Positions 24,001 to 36,117 of a stretch of DNA of 64,000 nt are shown here, piece by piece (the stretch's first letter is position 1; each line of letters begins with the position of its first letter). The translations under genes and the position numbers were made by a program. The DNA is from Ostrea edulis (Eukaryota): contig NC_079165.1 in the NCBI RefSeq assembly GCF_947568905.1, positions 10,044,001-10,108,000 of the forward strand, in the 5' to 3' direction. The notes below the pieces were generated by a model, which saw only the letters and a list, made by a program, of their open reading frames with translations, was not told the DNA's origin and did no database searches.

Positions 24001-25862
24001 ATTACATTTTGTATAGGAATGTTGTAATGTTAAAAAAGGTCATTGTAATAGAGTGTTATCAATGGATGTAATTAAGTGGTTGGAAGTAATTTGTAATAAA
24101 AAAAATCTTTGATGTTTTAAAAGTTATTGTTGGTTACCTATAGAGTCTATTAATTTACGATCACTTTTCAATTACAGTCATGATGTAGTTTATAAATATA
24201 GATTCATCATGTGTCTTTAGATATTTTAATTTCACACTCCAATGAAGTCTTATTAAAGAAATAGTCTAGCTGAAGTGCCGCCATTTTAAATGATAAAATT
24301 ATATTATAGTCTTTATTATCACACAATTTCAATTTACAATTAGAAAACGTCGAAGACATGTAATTGACAATGAAGGATTCCTTTATTTATGATTGGTAGT
24401 AAAAGTTGTGCCCTGACGAACCGTGATCAGACGGTTGTCAGTTCCTTCTAGGAGCGCTCGATGCCATCTTAAAATATACATAGAACCCGCACCGAGTAAA
24501 CTCCACTGTGGAAAAAGAGCTGGGCTAAAGTGGAACATCACCTAAAGTTGGCGACATCTCGAAACTTGTGAAATTGTTTTTTCGAAAGAATGTAAAATTT
24601 TAATCGATACAAAAATATTCAAGTGAAATGTGAAAGAGGAAAGTCAAAGGCGATCAGCTGCTACTTAGGAATGGAGTTTTATTGTGTACTTTACAGAACA
24701 TGTGTTGATAAAAATTTAGATTACATATTTTATACGTAATGTATGTATATACTGTTTGTCTATAAACCAATATGAAAAAGCGTTTCTACACTTTTCCAGA
24801 AATTCTCTTTCGGTATGAAAAATAGAATTGCATATGTACAGAAAATGATTTCTCTTTTTGTGGTGTTTATATTTAGCCTTTAATAAAGACATTGAAAATT
24901 ACTGAAGATTTAGACAAACCCATAGCTTAGAAATAAGAGATTGAGAAATACTGTTTTCAGCATGTCGTTTATATATTCATGAAGAGCGGAAATGGTGGTA
25001 TTATGAAGTTTGTCAATAATTTTTGTTATATCTATGCAAAAATCTAAGAACATTTTACAGATTATACAGAAGAATAAGTTATAGCTTTCTGTAAGACTGT
25101 TGGGATAGACTTGAGGGCTACACCTACTTATAAAATCCTCGATTTAATGTACGCACGGTTAAGGCTTTATAACCCTGCATTCGTGCATTGCATGTCAACA
25201 TCAATATTAAGAATTTCCCACTCGCATATCAGTTTCTAAATATTTATTAGAATTTCATTAATCGAATTTTAAAAGATTTAATACGTAATAAGAATGTGAT
25301 ATCTATCTAATGTATATATCTATCTATCTATCTATTTATCTATCTATCTATAAGTCATTACACACATATCTAGATGTAGTGACCAAAAACAGTTTCTTTA
25401 GTGAACTCTTACCAAATCATTGAGGGAAAAGAGGACGAATTCGATGCTGACGTTTGTTACGTCAGAGGGTCTGACGTGATTATTGTAAGAGGCTCCCAAC
25501 ACAGCAGTATGTATGTTTGTAGCATGCGTGGTCGTAAAAGCACCAAGCAAACCTGGATAGTACATATGATGTCATACAACATATATGAAGAAATAATTAT
25601 TGAAACAGTAATGTTGGAAGAGAAAATAGAAAAATATTAAAATATAGTGGGTAAACTTTTCAAATACTTTAACATGTTGATTTAAGAACTGAAACTTATA
25701 ATTCTTTGTTTGATGCATGTATCACACGAAACATTGGACGGAAAACTTCATCAATGGGCGTAGCTATTAAATGATATAAATTTCATTCACTTTTTACACT
25801 GCTTAATTAGTATTACCTTTCAGAGCGCATAGGATACCTATAACGCACAAAGCACTCCTCAT
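15033..25862 (-). CDS. nAChR-like (Cys-loop ligand-gated ion channel) non-alpha subunit copy A, complete, 436 aa
   Basis: Exons: 25817-25862 (46 nt signal peptide MRSALCVIGILCALK-G), 25413-25552 (140), 20507-20551 (45), 19298-19407 (110), 18572-19104 (533; CDIDVTYYPFDYQLC, PADSGEKISYILTVLLAMAVLLTLV), 15033-15469 (437). Sum is 1311 nt = 437 codons including stop. The 45-nt and 110-nt exons are the canonical nAChR exon sizes; no vicinal Cys in loop C. Confidence 0.92.
16294..17662 (+). mobile_element. Full-length degenerate Tc1/mariner transposon in intron 5 of nAChR copy A
   Basis: Imperfect ~27-bp TIRs (cactcacgtggcaacttttgagtcac / gtgactttaaatttgacacgcgagtg followed by TA). Interrupted transposase motifs VIFSD, MF*GCF, FQEDNTPVH, QSPSINIIENVW. 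Confidence 0.85.
18401..18580. repeat. 20-bp minisatellite x9 built from the exon 5 donor junction of nAChR copy A
   Basis: Units cccggtatt(c/a)cctat(t/g)actg; the unit at 18561-18580 contains the real donor. Confidence 0.95.
21418..22857 (+). mobile_element. Non-autonomous Helentron-like (HINE) element with ~9 internal ~140-bp tandem repeats
   Basis: tttatgccccc...gggggcata subterminal inverted motif, (ctgt/ggtc)n microsatellite at ~21462-21485, repeated cagacatcaaac every ~140 bp, end cttgttt. Confidence 0.75.
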
Positions 25863-27267
25863 CCCGAGTTTGTTACGTGTCTAAATTCCGAAGCTGTAAG
25901 TCTAAATGTACCTGATTGTAAAGTAAGAGTCTTATTGTGACTAGCTATATTAAGGATTAGAAAACAAAGGAAGCATTGATGATCACCAAACCAAGGAAGG
26001 GGGGGGGGGGGCGCACGATTTTCACAAGGTTATAACTTGATTAAAAGAAAGAACTTGAACTGTCACCCACAGCCCAGGATCATTGTTCATTTAAATCGAA
26101 TACAAGGTAGGTAATCATGCAAATTAATGCGGATATGTCTGTTAGGATTAGATCTTTTTCACGACTCAAATATAGCATTACAAATGCAGTGAATTTAAAT
26201 ATCCGGATCGAAAGTATTTTTAAAGGACACCTGACAACAAACAAACATTTGAATGCCTGAATGAAATGATACATGTATACATGAACTTCTATTCTTAGGA
26301 CTGCACTCTGAATATACTAAGTTATTTGTTTTAGATGTACGTGTGTATTCTGAAAGGAGAGTGAAAAGGTGGTCATAACAGTAAAGAATACAGAATTAAG
26401 AGTCTTTAGGACAAACACGGATCCCTGGATATACTAGAGGCTGATCATGTGCCTAAGAGGAGTGAACATCCCCTTTTTACCTATCACAACTGCCGAGTTT
26501 GTTTTATTGGTATTGAAAAAAAATTGTGAGGTTTTCTATGCAAGTTTAATTTTTTTGGTCGTAATTGATTCGCACTCTAGATAGCACACAGTAGTAGGGA
26601 CTGTTGTCTTTAAGCACTTTTTCCCGAACCCGTTGTATGATTCGTTGAAGTGGACCTTAGCTTAAGGAAATGGTATTTCAAACTACGAATGTTTTTCGGA
26701 AGAACTAATCTCACCTGTATATACGACTTCGGAACCTAAAATTTTCAGCTCTTCACCCGCAATGGTGACGTCTCCATATGAGTGAAAATTTTTCGACGAT
26801 ATATAAAACAAACAAACAATACAATACAATCCTATTTGATGCGCTAAGCTCTTTTCAATACACAAGACCTATTAACTACACCATGTCACTGTCAAATGGC
26901 TTGTACAATGGCATATAGGGGTGGTCCTTTTGATGAGACCGCGAAGACTGAGGTCCCATGTCATAGCGGTGTATTAAAGATCCCTCCCTGCTCAAAGGCC
27001 GTACGCGCTGATTTTGCTTTTGATGGTGAGTACTACGAATTAATGAAATATTCGCGAGAAGGGCATTAAACAATATACAATCAACCAACCGTTTTAATGT
27101 AGTATTCAAAAGTATTAATATCAAAAATTTATAGAAAGTACAAACTGCCTGTTCGGAACGACTTGTGAAAGTTATCAGCGGGAAAGTCACATATCAGAGT
27201 TTTGATATAACAAACAAGCAAGTCGAATGCAAAGAACGCCTTTAATCCTGAATTCGTGTAGAGAAGT

Positions 27268-30200
27268 TCAAACTTTACGTAAGTTTTTATACCCTAGCAG
27301 TCTTCGTCTCAGAGGGTGGTTCCTCTTTCTTCCTATAACAATGACGTCAGGGTTTGTCGCTGTAACGGTAGAGAGAACAAACGGTTATAAATGTATTGTA
27401 AATGTGTCAATACTAACACCAATGATAATGTATTTGTATGGTACCATTACTCAGAATTTTAAATATAAATGAAACATAAAAGAAATGTGCCACCATTTAG
27501 TTGACAAATATAAATGCTCCTTATCATCAGCATATCTCAACAATTTATACGAATATCTGTATACTTATTTGTGATAAACAAAAAGGATTGCATATTGCTT
27601 TTTATTTTATAACTATCTGATTTGACAATAATGATTTATTTTCAATTTGTTTCTTGTTGCTGTCTTTGATGACACTGTATTAAAAAATCAATCTGATTAC
27701 AATGCTTTATGTATTTAAGATAGTATTGATCAAAACAATGTTCTTATCAATCTACATACTCAGAATCTTTTGAGTGGTACTCGATTGAAATACTGGAGGC
27801 TCAGTCATTCTCAAAGTTGTTGCTGGAGCTGAAATGTCCAATGCGTAAATTAATAGGGGAAAACTCGTCGTAAATAAAAACTTTATTATCTTTTCCTATT
27901 CTACTTCCAGTAACCATCCAATAAATGATAAACATAATTGTTCGAAAGTACTGTAATTTGAGTTATCTGTGGATACATAACGGTCCACTGTGTACCAAAC
28001 AAAATCAAAAAAGAAATTCTTGAATTTCGTTGTATTGCCAAAAGTATGCATCACAAAACTTGAAAGTAAAGATTCTAGTATCAATAAAATGAAGAAATTA
28101 TGTAAAATGCAGAAAAAAACAAAAATTCCACCAGATATGTTCAGATGATGTAAATGTCTAGTAGTTTGATAATACGGGTCCAATACTGTAAATTCCTAAA
28201 TAAACGCGATGAATCAATTATCGCGTAATTTCGTGAGACGCATCATTCACGAATTAAAATTACTAGCTTTTATTCTTACATTGCTAAAATATATGTACAT
28301 ACTCTTGATCAACAGAGTACTCGCGAATTTATACATCTCTTGATCAACAGAGTACTCGCGAATTTATACATCTCTTGATCAACAGAGTACTCGCGAATTT
28401 ATACATCTCTTGATCAACAGAGTACTCGCGAATTTATACATACTCCTGATCAACAGAGTACTCGCGAATTTATACATACTCCTGATCAACAGAGTACTCG
28501 CGAATTTATACATCTCTTGATCAACAGAGTACTCGCGAATTTATACATCTCTTGATCAACAGAGTACTCGCGAATTTATACATCTCTTGATCAACAGAGT
28601 ACTCGCGAATTTATGTTCTCGCGGTTTGACGTACATAATGTATACGAGAGATTTCGCGATAATAAAGGACATATCTTGTGTTTTTAAAGTATACAAAATT
28701 ATATGCACTTTGTCTTTCTTATGCTTATAGTAATTAATTAATTCTAATAGTACGTTCGGCGAAATATTGCGATAATTAACCACAATACGGACTTAAATCT
28801 AAGCTCCGATTTCAAACAGTCTAGTTAGGTAGTCACATGGTACAGTGGTGTCATATGCGACCTTCGTCAATCACCTTATTGTGATAGTAGTGTTAGGTAT
28901 TTTTAAAAAATAAAATTGAATCTACAGTACTCGATCTCGGCACTCCGTTAAAAACAGGACGATTGACATAGATAGTAGATCATCGTCTTCATTAGAACTG
29001 AAAGGCAAGGTTGTTTCAAATATGACCTTTAAAATGGATGTCCCATCCCACCGTTAACACGATAAAACATCCTCACATAGGAGGAATCTAATGGTATTTA
29101 GACACAACAAACTAAAATGTTACATGCTCCCCCGCATTTGCTAAAGTTTTGAACACAAGGTACTTCCATTGTCTGATGGTTAATGTATTTTGCCTCCAAA
29201 TGTATTACATGTCGATTATAAGTTAAAAGCGCATGGAATATAGTTTTGTATAATCTTAGCTGGTTGGAACAAACATGAAAATTCCGGAATATATTCTAAA
29301 AGGATGTACCAGAGAATCAGTGGTATTTAATGTTCAAAATCTTGTGCGATTACAGATTTTATCCCTAGCCTCTATTTAAAGATGAAATGTAATTACTTTC
29401 TGTGATGTTGAGTTGTAATGCCTCTTTTTAGCTAACATCTTTCCAGAGAAACTGAAACAAACTCACGTGTGCAAAAATTGCAGTATACGCGACAGTTGGC
29501 CTCAGCATACGTCTGATTTTGAAAACAGATGATTGGGCCGAAGTCTTGACAGTTTTCTGCCACATCAGCACATACAGGCGGGGATGTGGCGGCTGGACGA
29601 GAAGTGGTGGTGGTGGTGATGGTGGTGGCGGCGGCGGTGGTTTCTGTAGTGGTGGTAGCAATACCAGTAGTTGTGGTAGCTTTTGATATAACAAAGGTTC
29701 CCACAGTATTTCTAGTTTCATGTCCACATAAATTATTTGCATGTCTATTATAAGCGATAACATTATATGATTGAATAATACTGAGCTTTCTGATATACTG
29801 AGTTCCAACAAACTAGAACAGATAGAACGGTTTATTTGCCACAACATGTCTGGAGATTAAAATAAAATTTGATTTTTCCAACATCGGACCAAACATAAAT
29901 TGGGAGTTTCTAAATTCATACGATTGGCTATCATTTTTGATCGTTCATTGAAAAGACACGTCTCTAATCACTTTGACAGGTCCGTCACGCTAGTTGTAAA
30001 TAAAGATGGCTGCTCATGTATTATTTCGTAAACTCTTGTATTTGGTTTCGATGTTTTAAAATATTTAATCATGTAAATGAAATCAATTATTGGCATTATC
30101 TTCCATTTTCAGTTTTTTTTCCTCTCTTCGGTGCTGTTCTGTTTTGGGTTATTAACATGTTATGAAACACCTGGTTGTTGTTTTTAATTTTTAGATATAG

Positions 30201-33200
30201 GAACTTTTCTATTGTATACCAGTAGTTCAGTTTGATACAATGTTGATTTATCTATTCCGAGACAAGTTGTAGTTCCCGCGTGAGTTCGGCCAGATGGATC
30301 TGATTGCAGTTCTACAATAGTAAAACACCCCATAGTCTAAACGGAATGCTAGGGATGTACTAGGGTTCTGCAGGCTTTTTCTGTGAAGTATGAACGTATT
30401 CGGCCGAATTTCATTTCTGCATGTAACATGATCGATTTAGTTACATTATGTGGTGTTTTTACCCATTCAGTTATAACCTGATATAATGGACCCAACATCC
30501 CTTTTGTAAGTTAACATAGACTCTTTAAAGTGTTTATATAAAACGGCATCTTAGCATTCTAAGCCATTCTCAGTCACTCACTCATCGAGAAAATACCTAG
30601 AGAAAAGGTAATATGATAGTCGGTTTAAGAGCTCTGTAGAGCTCATGTTATTTGTTACTATTGTATACAGTGCCGACTTTAAATAAAATCGACTTACTTA
30701 CTTTGGTAATACATTTTTTGTACGGAAGACAGACCGGAGCGTAATTGAGCGGTCCGAGTAAAGCTAGACTGTTTATTCTCTTGTCATGTCTTGACATTCC
30801 TGATGGTCGACTAAGACCGTAGTTCTGACTTTTTTAGGGGACAGGTGGTGTGGCAAAGAGTGTGGCCCGGATAGAACCGACCTGCCTCTGTTGCTTGCCT
30901 GTTAGTTAGGAAGCTAAGTTGTTGGTCTTCTATTTTGTACAACTCTTTGAATTAAACCCCAGATAGGGAAACACATTTAATAATATCTTCCTCATGCATA
31001 GCTCTTATCCTTGGACGAATTTGGCTCCACTTTTTTGGCACGCTGTTTTTGGCTATATTTAGCTCTAAACTTCAGAGTTATTTCGGATTTCAAACATTTC
31101 GGTTGAGCATCACTGAAGAGACATTATTTGTCAAAATGCGCATCTGGTGCATCAAAATTGGTACCGTATAAGTTTTACATATAAGTCTATTTAGCGACTG
31201 CCATTAATTTGTATTGTTGAACACATTAAGGTGGTATTGCTCGTTATGTTTGTATGATGACGGGATATGGTCGATACATAGTGCTTCTCCATCGTCAGTG
31301 TTTTATCAAAGTTGCACCCAAATCGTTTAACGAAAGCAGCTTCATTAATGGCGTCAATGCCGAAAGATATGAATGCTACTATCAGATGTCTCCTTGATGT
31401 AATATTTTGACGCAAACATAATGCGTTCTGTTTTGTCACTATTCAGTTGAACATATTCGTACTTGTCAAGCACACATGATTTTAATGGAGGGATACATCA
31501 CAAATGTGATGTAAATCACTAACTCCAATAGTGATGATAACGGCGCGTGTAATTGGCTGGAAGTCCGTGTAGTTCTGTGGGAAATGGTATGTCACTCTTC
31601 TAACAAAGAGTACCGCAATCGGTACAATATACGCCCATTTATAACCTTTTCGTGCAATATGTGTATCCACGACGAGAGCATTTGACCTACTTTTAGCCCT
31701 AAAGTAGGTAACGGTGTACCAATCAAGTTGAAATGTGAACTAACTGATCATATGTATTTCTCCGAGGGGGAGGGGGTAGGGCGTTGTGACAAAATTTCAG
31801 GGTAACACCTGTATTCATAACCAAAAAAGTCTGGAAACATAAAGGTTTTCCTACTAAGTGATACTACGACCTTGATCTTTTACTTTGAGAAACAATAGGC
31901 ATCCTCCCCTTGGCATAAGGTGTATGTGTACCATGTTTGGCGGTCCTAGCCCCAACGGTTTGGTCCGTATCCTGCCTGCAAGGTTTTCCTATTAAGTGAT
32001 ACTACGACCTTCATTCTGACCTTTAAGAACAAAAGGCGTCCTCCACTTGGCATGAGGAGTATGTGTACCTAGCCCCAATAATTCTGTCTGTATTCTGCCT
32101 ACAAGATTTTCCTATCAACTGACACTACGGACTTGACCTTTGACATTGAAAAATAAGAGGCATCTTCCTATCATCATGGTGGTTAAATGTACCACGTTGT
32201 AAGATCCAAGCCCAAAACGTTCGGTCTGTATTCTGCCTACAAGTTTTTCCTATTAACTGATACAAAGACCTTGACCTTTGGCCTTGAAAAACAATATACA
32301 TCTTCTTTTCATCATAATGATTAAATGCACCAGGTTGTAAGATCCCGGAGCTTACGGTTCATTTTGCAATTTGCCTACAAGGTCCGAACAGACATACAGA
32401 CGAAACTATACCATAATACGTACGTCTTTGACGGACGTATAAAAATGCCCTTGTGGAGCATACATGTAGATCGTCCCACAAACGTTCGATTGGTTTAAGT
32501 CACACAAGAACGATGATAACGTTGGTTTGAAGGATTTCTTTTTTAATAAATCTCAAATCAAGTCAATCTTGACCAACTGTGATAAAAAATTGTGTTAAGC
32601 AAGACCATGACGCTACATGTACCTCACCCCATCTTGTCACGTTCAAAGACACGACTGTTTACATAACGGCCATGTACACAAAGGTTAACTCAGGCTCTGC
32701 CGTCAGCATTACTAACGTTAAATGCGGACTTGTCGGAGAACAAGACCCGTGCCAACTTTTGGCCTTGATTTAGCGTATACATGTATCTGGTATATTGCAC
32801 TTTGTAACGTCGGTGGTGTGGTAACTCATTGCATGGTCTTCTACAGCAGATCCGGGATCTCATAAGTTTCAGTATTCCGGATACTGTTCTACGATGATAG
32901 GAACTACCATAATGTCTTATCATTTGCGTTATTTAATAGCAGCAGCCGTAAACATATATATTCCGCAAGTACGTTCGTACGTTTGTTGACATGACGTTTT
33001 CACAAACGGTTGACCAGCTTTTGGGCATGATTTATTGATCTTTTCTGACGATACCGTCGCAACAACTGTCTTATCGTACAGGGATGGACGTAAAAATGTC
33101 TTGTTATCTCCGGCTGAATAACACCAGTTTGCAGCATACCGATGACTTGATTTCGCACTTCATTGTTTTAATCACGGTTAATGCGACTCACATTGTGATA

Positions 33201-36085
33201 ATAGTGAACGCGTGTACGACAGGTACCAGCACATCGTACGGTGAGTGAGGTTTGAAATCTTTTGAACACCTCTGTACTCCGCGTTTTACTACTGTCTAAA
33301 ACCGTCCATAAATCGGACGTTATTCAAATAAATACCCGACTTGTTGTATCAGATGACGTAACATTCGGTATAACTGATTATTTTCGCGGGCTGATAAAAT
33401 TGGCTTATTTTAGCGGTTAGTTACATATGTAGCTGTCCGCCAAAATTTCGGTCGTCAAATATGCACCCAATTGCGACTTCAGTGTTTGCAAGAGAGATAC
33501 ATCTTCTCTATGCGCCAGAATTTATTCCACTAAAATTATTAGCATACCTTTGAGTCAGCAAATCGCCAATTTTTATACCCGTGGAAAACACCGCTATATG
33601 GTATTGTTTGAGTTACTTCATCGATTATACTCAAGGTTTTTGATGGGTTTTTTTAAAACAAGCAATTCAACTCGACGATGTGTTTTCAGATTTAAGACAA
33701 TGCATTATCATTATATTTATCTTCAAACATAAAATGATTAAGGAAAAAGAAAATCTTACGTTCACAAAATACACAGAACTTAGGACTCTGAACGGCAGCC
33801 CATGATGCATACTTGAAACACGTGTCAGGACCATAAGAACTGCATTCGTCTACTTTGTCTTCACACACCGTGTAGACCCCTTTTCAATCAAAACAGAGTT
33901 TAGTGCCTGGCGCAGATTAAAATATTACAATCAAGATTCTTCTCAATTCCTCTGTGAAATATTAACGTAAAAGTAAAGCGAGATTTTGATCTTCCTTCTC
34001 ACTGCTTTATTGTTGAATGTTAATAACACATGCAATGCTAATCCGTTGAACGTTATGTTTGAATTTTGAAATAATGAAGTTTTTCTTACTGGTTGTCGGT
34101 GGTTGAGTGGGCGTGGTTTGTGTTGTTGTCGATGGAACATTAAACGTCGTTGTAGTTGAACTGGTTCCAATATCTACACCATTAAACAGAAAAAAGTTGT
34201 GTATTCAAATAAGAATTATATCAATGTAATTAATTTTTCAAGAAGAATGCATCTTGATTTTGATCAATATTCTAATAATTACATGGGATTTCTTTTATGT
34301 ATTGTATATTGTTGTGTTGTATAAATGTCCTAATAATTGCTGTTTCATGTTGTATATTGTTGTGTTGGATAAATATCCTAATAATTGCTGTCTCACATTG
34401 TGCATTGTTTTATTGGATAAATATTCTAATAATTACTGTTACATATTGGGTATAGTTTTATTGTACTAGTATCAGTATTCTATAACAATTGCTAATACAT
34501 ATTGGGTATTGTTTCACTCCTAAGGAGGCATCTCCATTGACGGTGAAGGGCTGCAAATTTTAAGCATATGATCAGCGCTCACGGTCTTTGAGCAGGAAGG
34601 GATCTTTTTCGTGTCTCACCTGCTGTGACACGGGACCTTGGTTTTTGCAGTCTCATCCGAAGGATTTCCCCATTAAATCGCCTCTTACGACAAGCAAGGG
34701 ATACTGAGGACCTATTCTAACCCGATTCTCCACGGGTAAATATTCTAATAATTACTGTTATGCATTAAGTATTGTTTTATTGTATAAATATTTTAAGAAC
34801 TACTGATATATATTGTGTATTGTTCTATTGGAAATATATTACTCTTACATATAGTATTTATATCTGTTTTATTGTCTTCAGAGAAATTCATGATTGTGGC
34901 TCACGTGGGAAAACCTACCGTGACAAAACAGGCAAAATCGTGCACAGTTCTTAACCGACCATATCCGGTATGTATTGCATACGTCACCTCCATAACCAGC
35001 ACAGTTTGAGATTTTGTCTTCACAAGGACCTTAAATGAAACTTTATGTAATTCATCATTTTTATACATCTGCTACAGTTATGAATAGATAAAGAGATGTA
35101 CACAGTACTTTGCAATATTGAGTTTTCCATTATTTCAATTACAAAAAATACATTGTTATACGTCAGAACAAACCCTTAATTTACTACCAAAATGTAACAA
35201 GATGTACTGTGAGCAATGCTCACTAAGAATACCCCCCCCCCCGCTTACCCCAATCTTGTAAAGGGTGTTGTTAATAGGTATAAGTTGCCTCTTTCCTGAG
35301 TGTAAAAATATGGTATGCCTTTGTAGAAGAAAATGGAAGATATAGTCCGAACACAAATCCATGGCATAAACCTATAATTTTGACCTGAGATCAAAGGTCA
35401 TAAAGAGGTCATGAATGTACATGACACATAGTCTCATGGTGATACACCCATGTTTTATGGTATGACTATGTCAAACCCTATATTCAATTTTGACCTTGAG
35501 GTCAAAGTTCAAGGTCATATAGAGGTCATGAAGGTACTCGACACATCGTCTCATGGTAATACACTCATGTGTCAAATATGGTATGCCTATGTCAAATAAC
35601 AAGGAAGTCATGGCCCTGACACGGATCCATTGTAAAAACCTTTAATTTTGACCTTGAGTTCAAGGTCATATGGAGGTCATGAAGGTACATGACACATCGT
35701 CTCATGGTGATACACTCATGTATCAAATATGGTATGCTTATGTCAAAGAACAAAGAAGTTATGGCCCGGACACGAATCCATTGTAAAAAAAAAAAAAAAA
35801 ACCTTTGATTTTGACCTTGAGGTCAAGTTCATATGGAGGTCATGAAGGTACATAACACATCGTCTCATGGTGATACACTCATGTGTCAAATATGGTATTC
35901 TTATGTCAAAGAACAAAGAAGTTATGGCCCGGACACGAATCCATTATAAAAAAACACCTTTAATTTTGACCTTGAGGTCAAGGTCATATAGAGGTCATGA
36001 AGGTACTCGACATATCGTCTCATGGTGATCCACCTGTGTGCCAAATATGGTATGCCTAAGTCAAAGAACAAAGAAGATATGGCCA

Positions 36086-36117
<32 letters not shown>

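Noticed and set aside
28301-28620. 35-bp repeats of CRISPR-like length
   Set aside because: Head-to-tail with no spacers, no cas genes, eukaryotic context.
29990-30900. Possible LTR-like or other element remnants
   Set aside because: No paired LTRs, PBS or coding motifs could be established by eye.
33760-33879. Lys-Tyr pair in ShKT2 as a Kv-blocking dyad
   Set aside because: Spacing from Cys3 differs from ShK toxin and paralog A has Asn-Tyr; no support for channel blocking.
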